Source: Zootoca vivipara
Lineage: Eukaryota
DNA length: 64,000 bases
Assembly: GCF_963506605.1 (NCBI RefSeq)
Contig: NC_083279.1
Location: 9,052,001 to 9,116,000 of the forward strand
Direction of reading: 5' to 3'
Position 1 is the stretch's first letter. Each line of letters begins with the position of its first letter. Both the position numbers and the translations under genes were made by a program. Shown here piece by piece: positions 26,440-38,611 of the stretch. The notes under the pieces were generated by a model. The model made no database searches and was not told the origin of the DNA. It saw nothing but the letters and a program-made list of their open reading frames with translations.

Positions 26440-26575
26440 CAGGCATCCCCAAACTTCGTCCCTCCAGATGTTTTGGACTACAATTCCCATCATCCCTGAC
26501 CACTGGTCCTGTTAGCTAGGGATCATGGGAGTTGTAGGCCAAAACATCTGGAGGGCCGCAGTTTGGGGATGCCTG
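26440..26575. mobile_element. 136-bp palindromic hAT MITE
   Basis: It has long inverted arms caggcatccccaaac... and TSD ctcaagac. Confidence 0.92.
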
Positions 26576-28767
26576 CTCAAGACCCACCTTTGTAGCTACT
26601 GTTAGTGGAATATCTGCCACCTCTTCCACGAGTCTCCCACACCAGGTCAGGGCGACATAAAAACTCACAGGGCTATGTTAACAGCAAGCTTAGAACACCA
26701 CACAACTCCTTGGGAAAACTGGACTAGCTGAGTTTAGAGTTTGTTGGTTTTGCTGGATCAAAATGAAAATTAGCATCCCCCGGCTCCTTGAATCACCAGT
26801 ATACTGCACCCCAAAACAATTGATGGCTTCAGCTCCACTTTTCAATGCATTCTGAGCAGATAACAGTTGAAGATTAGGTAAAGATAGTTATAGTTGGCAG
26901 CTGGAGGGTAAGCTATAATAAACTATAATTTGCAGGTTTGACTCTAACCCAAAGGAGACCTTAGTCATTTTTCAACAGCTATTTTTAATACAAATATTTA
27001 ACATTTTCCCCAAACAGCCCTTGAACATGCCCACACGCTGAACTCCCCATTAATTACTGTTGTTAAATGATTGTTCACCACACCCATAGCCTGATACAGC
27101 AAAAGGGCAGGAGGGGGGATGATTATACTTCAAGCATGACCTGGAACCCCAGCAAAGTCCAATTAAAGTGCATGGCCACCTCGACTACCAGATTAAGTTC
27201 AAAAGGCAAATCTTTCATGCCATTTATGCTCCCATCCACTTGGTGAGGGGTGGGGGGGCGAGAGTACAGTATTTAGCCAGTAGTTATGCAGGTGACTAAC
27301 TGCATGTTGGGTTGTGCCCAAAATACACATTGCTTGGACAATAAAAGGGTTTTAATTTAATGTGAAAACATCACTGTAATTGACATAACCTCCGAGGGAA
27401 CGTGCAAACAGGGATTTGGCATTCTGTGTATGGAGTAAGACAAAGAGTGGGAACAGCTGCTGATTCTCCTTTGTTGAAAGATCTCCGGCCCCTTCCCATG
27501 TTATGCTGGTGGCCTGGGAGATGCCGAACCATGGCTCAATCTTTTATTTCCATTTTCGTTTAAGAAGGTTTTCATTTCTATTTATTTATTCACAAAACAT
27601 TATTTTATTACCAATTTTATCATTTGCACATGCCTATTTTCTTTTTATTTTCTTTCCATGTCAAAAACACATATTTTCTTATTCCCCCTTTTCTCCTTAA
27701 AAAGCAAGACACGCAATCCAGGCATTTACACACATGTGCCTGTTACCCCAAAATTGAAGGGGTGGAGAAATGAACAGTATTCCAAGCATGAGTACAACAT
27801 TCCCTTTACTAGAATTTGAATAGTGTGGCTGTTTCAAACTTGCAAGTTATAACATTTCATGTCCTAGTTTTACATGACCATAGCTGCTACACTGTGGAAA
27901 AGATGTGTGACTGGATTGCAGAATTCCCAAGAACCCATGGAAGCCACTTGGGTGAGTTTAAAGCATTCAGTTTCAGAATGCTTCCAGGTTACAATCAAGT
28001 TCTGGTACAAGAAGCTCAGCGTAGCCTGCTCACTGCAGGAATTCGGCAAGTTCCTCAAACTTGGCATCTGTTGATGCAATGTCTGTCATGAAACCTGATG
28101 AAGGACACAAAAGTCGTTTCAGGTTATTACTAGGATGAGCATCCCTACCTGCCGAGCATGTCCTAGTGTCCCAGTCTTGCTGCAGTGCCACCAAACACAG
28201 CAACAGTTCATCTAGTGCTGGGCTGGCGTGGTAGAGGAGAGGACATTAGAAGAATAGCCTGCTAGATATTTCTGTTCTTAATGCTGAATTGTAAACTGTT
28301 GCAGCCCACCTTGGGGCCTGTGAATGAAGGGTGGGGTATGCTGAAAACTGGGGCAACCACAACTTGTATTCTAACTTCACTGCACTGTGTGCTACTGGGA
28401 CCAGTTCAAGATGTTGGTAATGATATGGTCCTAAATGACTTGGGGGTCAAGTATATGCAATGCCTCCTCCAATACCAGCCAACCTAGTTATTAAGATGGT
28501 GGTTCTTATGAGTATTCGCAGTAGGGGAATGTGCAATAAAGTCTTCTTGGTGGTGGCACTCTAACTCTGGAATGTTTTTCCTTTTGGGATAGCTTTGTTT
28601 TCTTGATGCTTAGATGTCAGCTGCAGAATTTTTAAACTCAGGCTTTTATAAAGTGAGGTTAGGTTGTTTCTAATACCTAACAGTAGCAGTTTTGATGGTT
28701 CTGATTCTCACAAGTATTTTATAGTTGGTTATTGTTGCATTATTTATGGTGTTGTGTTTTTATTGTA

Positions 28768-30160
28768 GGGAGCGGGTGGTGCTGTGGTCTAAACCACTAA
28801 GCCTCTTGGGCTTGCCATTTGGAAGGTCGGCAATTTGAATCTGTGCGACGGGGTGAACTCCCATTGCTCTGTCCCATCTTCCGCCAACCTAGCAGTTTGA
28901 AAGCATACCAGTGTGAGTAGATAAATACATTATAGTCCTTGAGGTTTGGGTTTCTCAAGTCATGAATGTTGGTTGCTGGTCTGGATCTGAAGTAAAATGG
29001 TAGCATTGTCATCAGACGTGTGACTAGGGAAGTGTAAGGACAGGAATGAATAGTGGAACGGGAGTTGGAACTCCATTATCAGTAACCTAATAAGAGGTTG
29101 TTGGATTGGACCAGTGGCCTATCTAGTCCAGCATCCACAGTTCAAGAAGGATACTGACTAGCTGGAACGTGTCCAGAGGAGGGCAACCAAAATGGTCAAA
29201 GGCCTGGAAACGATGCCTTGTGAGGAACGGCTTAGGGAGCTGGGTATGTTTAGCCTGGAGAAGAGAAGGTTAAGGGGTGATATGATAGCCATGTTCAAAT
29301 ATATAAAAGGATGTCATATAGAAGAGGGTGAAAGGTTGTTTTCTGCTGCTCCAGAGAAGCGGACACGGGGCAATGGATTCAAGCTACAAGAAAGAAGATT
29401 CCACCTAATCATTAGGAAGAACTTCCTGACAGTAAGAGCTGTTCAACATTGGAACTTGCTGCCAAGGACTGTGGTGGAGTCTCCTTCTTTGGAGGTCTTT
29501 AAGCAGAGGCTTGGCAACCAAAATGGTCAAAGGCCTGGAAACGATGCCTTGTGAGGAACGGCTTAGGGAGCTGGGTATGTTTAGCCTGGAGAAGAGAAGG
29601 TTAAGGGGTGATATGATAGCCATGTTCAAATATATAAAAGGATGTCATATAGAAGAGGGTGAAAGGTTGTTTTCTGCTGCTCCAGAGAAGCGGACACGGG
29701 GCAATGGATTCAAGCTACAAGAAAGAAGATTCCACCTAATCATTAGGAAGAACTTCCTGACAGTAAGAGCTGTTCAACATTGGAACTTGCTGCCAAGGAC
29801 TGTGGTGGAGTCTCCTTCTTTGGAGGTCTTTAAGCAGAGGCTTGACAGCCATCTGTCAGGAATGCTTTGATGGTGTTTCCTGCTTGGCAGGGGGTTGGAC
29901 TGGATGGCCCTTGTGGTCTCTTCTAACTCTATGATTCTAAATAGGCACCACTGTGGTGGGAAGGTAAACCATGTTTCCGTGTTCTCTGGCTTCCATTACG
30001 GTGTTCCATTGCACCAGAAGCGGTCTGGTCATGCTGGCCACATGACCTGGAAAGCTGTTTGTGGACAAATGCCGGCTCCCTCGGCCTGAAAGCGAGATGA
30101 GTGCCGCAACCCCATAGTTGCCTTTGACTGGACTTAACCGTCCAGGGGGTCCTTTACCTT
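28768..30160 (+). mobile_element. Sauria SINE split by a compound CR1 insertion
   Basis: The 5' half spans 28768-28927 and the 3' half 29938-30160. The sequence taaata is duplicated at the breakpoints. Confidence 0.85.
29135..29938 (+). mobile_element. CR1 LINE 3' fragment with a 331-bp internal tandem duplication
   Basis: The CR1 ORF2 C-terminal segment is present twice (29182-29512 and 29513-29843), followed by a CR1 tail. Confidence 0.92.
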
Positions 30161-31666
30161 ATTTTATTGGACATCACCCTGAACATCCTTGCGGGGAAGG
30201 GAGATTCAGAAAGACAACAAATGAATGAATGAATAATGAAACCGCACCAATGTGTAAATTTTCTTCTACAGGGCAAAAGCAATCAATGATGTTTCACTTC
30301 ATTATACTGTACACTTGCCACCCAGATGAAAACACAAAGGTGATGCCAAATTGGGCCTTATCTGAAGTGTGAAAATGAGAAAAGCATTTGGCAAGTTAAG
30401 TATCTTGTTATGTGGACTCCCACATGGTTCAGACAACTTCAGCTATGACACTCACTGCAAACCAATAAAAGGACGGTGGCTTCCTGAAGCAGCCATACTC
30501 ACATGGAGAGCATTTTTGGATTTAATGCCTACATGCAGTTTCAAAGCCAAGTAGATGATCACACCACAGTTTGCATATATTGAGCTGCATCAAAGCAGAC
30601 AGAATATACTGAGTCACAAACTGGTCAGAAATGAGTGCGCCTTGAGTCACTTGGTCTCACGAGAGCGCTTTGATTCAGTATGATTTAAGTATGTGATATA
30701 AGTGAATGGGCTGAATCATCATTATCTGTTTGGGGGAAGTTATTGAACGTAAGCTTTGTAGAACCACCGTTAACAGCAAATTATGCAAATCAATGCTCTC
30801 ATTAGCACATTGACACTGAGCAAACACATGGGAACTATATGTTCTAAGAACAGAGTAGCTTCTTCATAATCCATTACGGGTCAACTTGGGGCAAAGTCCC
30901 AGAAATCGCAACTATGGATTAGTTTCCTTGTTCTAACGCTGACTCATACGGACTTTGGGCGAGTTGTGATATGATGTATAATAAATCAGGAAACTTAAGG
31001 AAGAATATACATCCCTCGTCTTATTCTTCTGTTGGTTAATGTGTCACTCCTACGTTCAGGACAAGTTCTCTTCTAAAGTTACCCTTCCCCTATTTCCTCA
31101 CGCATTGTCTGCTGTTGTCTGCAAACAATGTCGGAAAATGAGGCATAGGTCACCAAGTTGCGGTGAGGATCCTGAAGGAGATTCTAATCCAACCTTCATC
31201 AACCTGGCACCCTCCAAGTTGACAAAGGCTGTTCTAACCAATGGTTGGAAGAACTCATTGACGTTTCCTGTCCTAAGAGGCCAGCTTGAGAGATGTGCCC
31301 CAGAATCCTTTGCAGCATCACAGTAGGTCCTGTAAAACAGCCCTTGGAGTTTGCATAGCTTTCCTGACATCCCAGAGTTCCAGAGTCTGAGCAACTCTTC
31401 TCTCTGGTCCCAACTAGGTGTACTTCTAGATACAGGAGGTGTATTCTGAAAATCTGAGCCAGGAGTGAAGCTTGTAAGAGGGAAAGTGGTCCTGACCTGG
31501 CTTCCGAATCTTCATCCTGGGAACTGAAGTTTTGTGAAGGTGCTGAGGATTTTGTTAATTTGGTGGCAAGAGGAAATACATATGTATTACCATTTTACAT
31601 TTCCAGTGTAGTTCCAGTTCTTTCAGCCCATACCTAATTTTTCTATAGTCTTAAGGACCACCATTA

Positions 31667-32010
31667 CATAGCTGCCAAGTCTCCCGTATTCCCCGGGAAA
31701 CCCCCGTTTTTCCAGCTGCCCCCAGCCGAAAAAACGGATTTTTTTGTTTCCCCCGGGTTATTCTGGCGCGGCGGCCATTTTGGAACTGGGCGGAACATGC
31801 TCAGAAGCGACTTTTGATGCTGCTTTGCCCAGTTCCAAAATGGCTGCAGCGCGACTTCTGGTGCGACGGCCATTTTGGAACAGGGCAGAGCAGCATCAAA
31901 AGTTGCTTCTGAGCATGCTCCGCCCAGTTCCAAAATGGCGGCAGTGCTACTTCCGGTCTGCTACTTCCGGTCCAGTCCCTTATTTCTCAGGCCGGAACTT
32001 GGCAGGTATG
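31667..32010. mobile_element. hAT-type non-autonomous element (344 bp)
   Basis: TIRs are catagctgccaag / cttggcaggtatg, with TSD caccatta and internal inverted subrepeats. Confidence 0.9.
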
Positions 32011-33476
32011 CACCATTATCTTGGCGATTCTGAAAAGGGATTAACATTCTAATCCACGCGAGCGACAAGTGATATAGAAACGTAAGTTTTAGCAGGGAAA
32101 CGGAAAGGAAAACAGAGAAGTCAGAAAACAATATGCTAAGAATCAGCTTCCTCTACTGCTTGCCTTCTAAAGCAGGGTGAAACATGTTCCTTAGGTTACA
32201 ATGCAAAGTTTATACAGCCTTTTTCTACTACCCAAGGGTCCATAGTCCATTCTTAAGGGAGAACTGCCAAGTTGGCTGTTTGCTCAGGTACAAAGTTGCA
32301 AATGTGCTTCTTTGGCCACACCCCTTTGGTTACAACTTGGATGCAAGCAAACGACACCCAGAGAGCTTCCTGTTGAAAAAGACTGACCATTTCTACTTAT
32401 TATGAGATTACCTTGAAAGCTACCTGTGCTGAAATTATTTTTCTCGCTTAAAACAAATACTGACATCTCACCAATTGCAGCACCTTCCTTCCCGAGGAAG
32501 CTGCTGTCTAAAAAAACCCTAAAATTTCCTTGATCGAAAGTTATTTCCCCCTGTTCGTCATTACACAAATATTTGTCCCATTCAGCATACAAAGGCTGAA
32601 GCATCATAATGACTTGCAAAAGACAAGAGTCCCGCCCAGAGTGTTGGAGGTGGTATGAAGGAGATATCATATTTTTTCCGGTCCTGCTATGGTCTCTGGC
32701 CAGACAGACTGCAACTTTTTGTAGTGCTAATACCTCTCAACTTTTCCTCTGTTTAAAACGCTGGACACAGAAAACAGTTAACATTTTTAGAGCAAATCAC
32801 TTGAAGAAAACATGCTCAAGGCAATATTGCAAAACCCTAGATAAAAGAAGATGCTGTAGTAGGGGCTGGAGACAAAGCGCTGTGGTGACCAGCAAGGATG
32901 GCAATGGGAGCTTAGATTGTCTCACTTAAGAGGTCTCGTTTCTTACCAGGATGTACAACCAGAGCTCCTTGTCTCCTTGCAATTAAGGGGCCTTGAATTA
33001 CTTGCCTCTGTTTCATGGGACCTTCTGCTCTGGACTGTTGTGTTTCACCCACACTTCATTTTTATTACATTTATATCCCGCCATTTCTCCCAAAGGAGCC
33101 TAAAGATGGTTGCTATTTGGTTTAACTGAGATCCAATCTATTAAAAATGCCTGATATGGAATGCTTTTGTAACCCCTGTGATTGATTACAGGGGCTACAC
33201 TTTTTAGGAAGTATTCTTCATGTTGCTGCAAATGGAGTGTTTCCAGTGGTATCACTGGTTTTCATGTCATCTGTGGGTGATCTACCACCTGAAGATCATT
33301 CACATTGCTCTGGCAGTTGGTTAGTAAGATACCTGCTATCCTAAAGGTCTACCAACAACTATAACAGCATAATGGGACCTCTGCCTTCAGAGGCAATAAA
33401 CCTTTGTGTTCCAGATGCTGCGAAAAAGGTGGTTATGCCTTCATGCTTATGAACCTCTCACAAGCATCTTCACATT

Positions 33477-34136
33477 GTTGTTTAGTCGTTTAGTCATGTC
33501 CGACTCTTTGTGACCCCATGGACCAGAGCACGCCAGGCACTCCTGTCTTCCACTGCCTCCCGCAGTTTGGTCAAACTCATGTTGGTAGCTTCGAGAACAC
33601 TGTCCAACCATCTCACCCTCTGTCGTCCCCTTCTCCTTGTGCCCTCCATCTTTCCCAACATCAGGGTCTTTTCCAGGGAGTCTTCTCTTCTCATGAGGTG
33701 GCCAAAGTATTGGAGCCTCAGCTTCAGGATCTGTCCTTCCAGTGAGCACTCAGGGCTGATTTCCTTCAGAATGGATAGGTTTGATCTTCTTGCAGTCCAT
33801 GGGACTCTCAAGAGTCTCCTCCAGCACCATAATTCAAAAGCATCAATTCTTCGGCGATCAGCCTTCTTTATAGTCCAGCTCTCACTTCCATACATCACTA
33901 CTGAGAAAACCATAGCTTTAACTATACGGACCTTTGTCGGCAAGGTGATGCCTCTGCTTTTTAAGATGCTCTCTAGGTTTGTCATTGCTTTTCTCCCAAG
34001 AAGCAGGCGTCTTTTAATTTCGTGACTGCTGTCACCATCTGCAGTGATCAAGGAGCCCAAGAAAGTAAAATCTCTCACTGCTTCCACTTCTTCCCCTTCT
34101 ATTTGTGATGGGGCCGGTGGCCATGATCTTGGTATT
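33477..34136 (-). mobile_element. BovB LINE 3' fragment
   Basis: It contains an open ~200-aa BovB ORF C-terminus (DFTFLGSLITADGDSSHEIKRRLLLGRKAM...), with TSD ttcacatt. Confidence 0.93.
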
Positions 34137-35463
34137 TTCACATTATGCAGCTCCATCCTACACATGTTTACTTAGAAGCAAGTCCTCCAGAGTTCAGCAG
34201 GGCTTACTTCTGGGAAAAAGTAGACAAGACTGCAATGTTATGGTGCTTTCAGGCACCATAAAAATCAGCCAATATTAGCTTCCTCCTCGTTACACATGGT
34301 AACTTGCAGGGCTGGTCTCAGGATCTCTGAAAATTCACTCTTTCATACAGAAGTACAGAATGCGGCTGGGTACAGTGCAGAATGAGGCCTGTTGTCTTCT
34401 TTGTTTCCTCTGCAAGCTCTGGAAAAACCACGTCAAGGCACACAGTGTTGTGTAAGTATGGTAGCATAAACTAGCATACCTTCCTTCATACCTTGGATTA
34501 TTATTTTTTGTGGAACACTAGCTGCAAGGGTTGAATACCCCTAGAATTTTTTTTGGGGGGGGGGGGGCAGGATGGTTGTTTTGAGATTTCTGCCTAAAAA
34601 CCATACTGTTTCAGCCCTGAGAAACTGCTTACATGTTTATGAAGATGCAAATGCTTCCAAATGGCATTTCATGTTACCACAATCAACTCCATGAACTTAC
34701 ATCTGTCTACTTTAAGTGACCTTAAATCTGTAACGTATATATTTTGCACAGCCCCCACGCAGCTGCAGGGCCCGGTTTTCAATCTTGTTCTAGGAATGCA
34801 TGTGGGCTGAAGTTCTAGAAGGCACAGTATTAAGCACTGATTTGGACTTTGGGGAAATCTTATTCTTTGAACATAATGAAATCATCAGCATTCCCAGGTG
34901 GCACACACGCAGACATAAACACACATATAACTATTTAGAAAGCCAACAGTCACTGCCGAAAACCTTTTCATAACAACTCGGAGACCGAGCACAATCAAGG
35001 ATTGCTTTCCTTTATCCCTCTAAGACACTGTTGTGGGAATAACCATTGGGGATCTTTTCCAGCTGGGCACCATGTCAGACCTACAGAGCAGAGGAATCAT
35101 TCTTCAGCATGCATGTGTGCGCATTTGTGTACGCTTTATGATCACATCCTTGCAATCACATCTGAGAAGGCTGCATTAATTTGCACCTGAACCCTAAACG
35201 GAGCCCTGGGACTTTGATAGAACTTATTTCCACCATATTTATTTGCTACATTTATATTTATGGTCGCCATATTGAAGACCTGTGCTCTGGCCCTCTTCAT
35301 GCTGTTGGGACTATCATCTCCCTTAGTCTTTGACCACAGGCCATGCTGGCTGGGACTGATAGGAGTTGGAATCTAACAACACCCCTGAGCTCTGGAATGG
35401 CAAAACACTGGCCATTATCTAGAAGCACTAGATGGTGGCTCAGTAATTTACCATAGGCTACCA

Positions 35464-35466
35464 AAA

Positions 35467-35505
<39 letters not shown>

Positions 35506-35506
35506 A
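35464..35506. repeat. (AAAT)n microsatellite
   Basis: Directly visible in the sequence. Confidence 0.95.
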
Positions 35507-35507
35507 T

Positions 35508-35864
35508 GGGGGCGCGGGTGGTGCTGTGGGTTAAACCACAGAGACTAAGGCTTGCCGATCAGAAGGCGGTTGGCGGTTCGAATCCCCGTTATGGGGTGAG
35601 CGACTGTTGCTCAGTCCCTGCTCCTGCCAACATAGCAGTTCGAAAGCAAGCCAAAGTACAAGTAGATAAATAGGTACCACTCCGGCGGGAAGGTAAATGG
35701 CGTTTCCGTGCGCTACTCTAGTCCACCAGAAGCGGCTTAGTCATGCTGGCCACATGACCCGGAAGCTGTATGCCGGCTCCCTCGGCCAATAAAGCGAGAT
35801 GAGGGCCGCAACCCCAGAGTCTTCCGCGACTGGACCTAATGGTCAGGGGTCTCTTTACATTTAC
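35508..35864 (+). mobile_element. Sauria SINE
   Basis: Full-length homologue of the other copies. Confidence 0.9.
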
Positions 35865-36136
35865 ACAAAAAAAATATGATTTCCTAAATGGTCCAGTTAT
35901 CATGTCTCAGAGTCACTGCTGTCTGGTATTATCTAAGTCTTAACTTTCAGAAACTAAACATGACCATGTCCATTTAGTGTGACACAGCCTTAGACCAATG
36001 AATTTGACAATTAGAAGCCCATTTTACCTATTCTGAACAAGCAAGCAAGCAAACAAGCATCTCAAGTTCTTGGTCACCAATTCCTTATTTGCCACTCTGG
36101 GTGCTATGTGAGCAGAAGATCACAACAGTAACAACA

Positions 36137-36278
36137 ACTCAGTCAGTAGAGCATGAGATTCTGAATCTCAGGGCTGTGGGTTCGAGCCCAGCGTTGGGCA
36201 AAATATTCTTGCATTGCCGGGGTTTGGAGTAGATGAACCTCATGGCCCCATCCAACTCTGCAATTCTATGATTCTATT
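36137..36278 (+). mobile_element. Short SINE with tRNA-Lys-like head and CR1-derived tail
   Basis: The head ctcagtcagtagagcatgagattctgaatctcagggctgtgggttcgagccc is followed by a CR1-type 3' end (caactctgcaattctatgattct). Minus-strand relatives lie at ~40865-41132 and ~48715-48843. Confidence 0.75.
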
Positions 36279-36742
36279 ATTCCAGAGCCTCGTCTTTTTG
36301 TATTATGTTCTCTATCCTGATATCCTTGAGGTTTTTATTTACAATCAAGCGGCATATAATGTTTTGTTTTTTAAAAAAACAATATACAAAAATCCTTTAA
36401 CATTGCAGCAATCCGTTTGCTGACTACAAAAACAGGTAACAAAAATGAAAGCTGAAGAAAACGATTCATCTATCTATACTGCAGGCGGAACTGGGCCAGG
36501 TTATTTGCTTCTGGAAGCAGAAAATCTAAGTGGTTTTAGTTTTAGAAAATAGGAAATAAATGTCAAAACTGCTACTCTTTACTGGCAAATCAGTTTGCTC
36601 TCTGAGGCAGTTGCTTCACTATGTCTTACGACAGAGACAGCCCTGAAGAGCCCAAACACAGTAGCTTCTAGTGGTTTCCGTAGTGAAATTGGAAACACAC
36701 ACAGAAAGATAAAGCCAAACTTGAAGTACTGCTACGGTAGTA

Positions 36743-36930
36743 CAGTGGAACCTCGGTTTATGAACACCTTGGTTTACGAATTTTCGGTTTACGAATGCCA
36801 CAGACCCATCTGGAACGGATTAATTCACTTTCCATTACTTTCAATGGGAAAGTTCGCTTCAGTTTATGAACGCTTCAGTTTATGAACAGACTTCCGGAAC
36901 CAATTGTGTTCATAAACCGAGGTACCACTG
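36743..36930. mobile_element. Tc1/mariner (Tigger-like) MITE
   Basis: TIRs are cagtggaacctcggtttatgaaca / tgttcataaaccgaggtaccactg, with a TA TSD. Confidence 0.88.
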
Positions 36931-37291
36931 TATTGGTATTTCAACCTTAAAGAAGTAAGGAGTTGGGGCTGATGATGTAACCTTTCAGTCTGGCAAGGTT
37001 GTTGTGGGACAAATTCTTGTCGCCTGTGGCATAAATGAACGTGGAGAATTTGCCGTAAAGAAAGCCAAAGAGTCTACAGAATGGCGACCAACCCCGAGAG
37101 GATTAGAAGGAGAGAATGACTAGTCTCCATTCTGTCAAATGAAGGGATTACTCTAGGCAAGTAAATTTCTATCAGGTAGAGCAGACAAATAGTATTAAAC
37201 CATTCTTAACAAAACAAAAGGTACTGAATGGTGCTTAAAGGTCACAGAACAAGTCGAACTTATTTTTCATGTCTCCAGTCATGGGTCTTAC

Positions 37292-37306
37292 CTGTGCTTC
37301 CAACTA
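37292..37306 (-). other. Candidate 15-nt alternative microexon in the KLF12 last intron
   Basis: The minus strand reads gttcatgttttcccccctttcAG|TAGTTGGAAGCACAG|GTAAGA. It is frame-preserving and has no stop codon in phase 1. Confidence 0.4.
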
Positions 37307-38254
37307 CTGAAAGGGGGGAAAAACATGAACAAAGACTAATGACAGGTGCCATTTCTTATTCAAATAAATATCTGGTGGAGCCTGAGGAATGCAGAGTTTA
37401 AACAGGCTCAGACTAAACAAAACACAAAAGTTGTCTGCCATCCTCTCTTCTGCAGGTGTCTCAGATTTATTAAAAAGGAAAATACCTTGGACCACAGAAT
37501 GCCCTGTAACAAGGCTGCATTTCTGACATCTTTAGCAATGCCTCCATTGATCAGGAGCCCCAAAGTCTAGTTAGAGAGGCTTCTCTATAGCTCAGAATCA
37601 AGGCATTTTCTTTCTGGCACTATCGTGATCCTCTGAAATAATACTAAAGCCCACTGAGGCTGTGTATTGTGCCCTCAGTTTTCCTGGAGTTGGGTGTCAC
37701 CAAGAGCTATAAGCTGATCAGGCACAAACTCACAAGCTGATCTTATGCTCTCTGCCCAAGCTTTGCTCTGAAATGTGGGGACAACACCACTAGGCCTCCT
37801 TTGCAGGATTGTCAACAGGATTAATTAAATAATGTGCCTGAAGTGCTCTGCAAATTTGAAGTGTACTATCCATCACATCTGAACTGGGCTGATGGCTGCT
37901 AAGAGCTGGACTGTTGATAGGTCCCCTTCATTATATTTAAGGAGGCTCAAAGCGCTTTCTTTTAATCACAGGCCAAGTACTCTGAATTATAACATTATGA
38001 ACCCTTCAACTCCAACACTGAATCTTCCAGTGGAGATTGTGTGGACACACAAGACCTTAGATCCAGCTCCATGACTTCTGTTGCAAGGCTACTGAGACTG
38101 CAAGCTCTCTGGGGCACAGAATCGTATTTTGTCACTATTACACTGCAATGTGATGAGACAGTAAATAAATAGAAAGCTACCATTAAAGAAAATGTTAGTG
38201 TAAGCCAGTGTTAGAAATGGAGAAATGAAAGCAAGGAGCTAAATGGCACCTTGA

Positions 38255-38611
38255 GGGACCCAGGTGGCGCTGTGGGTCCCTCAAGACCACTGAGCCTAGG
38301 GCTTGCTGATCAGAAGGTCGGCGGTTCGAATCCCTGTGATGGGGTGAGCTCCTGTTGCTTGGTCCCAGCTCCTGCCAACCTAGCAGTTCGAAAGCACGTC
38401 AAAATGCAAGTAGATAAATAGGAACTGCTACAGTGGGAAGGTAAACGGCATTCCCATGTGCTGCTCTGGTTCGCCAGAAGCGGCTTTGTCATGCTGGCCA
38501 CATGACCTGGAAGCTATACGCCGGCTCCCTCGGCCAATAATGCGAGATGAGCGCGCAACCCCAGAGTCGGTCACAACTGGACCTAATGGTCAGGGGTCCC
38601 TTTACCTTTAC
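38255..38611 (+). mobile_element. Sauria SINE
   Basis: Full-length copy with a 16-bp TSD ctaaatggcaccttga. Confidence 0.93.

Noticed and set aside
28088-28125. CTGATGA motif as a second hammerhead
   Set aside because: There is no GAAA after the putative stem II and no stem I/III arrangement.
36137-36200. tRNA-Lys gene
   Set aside because: The stems are degenerate and it is fused directly to a CR1-type tail, so it is a SINE head.
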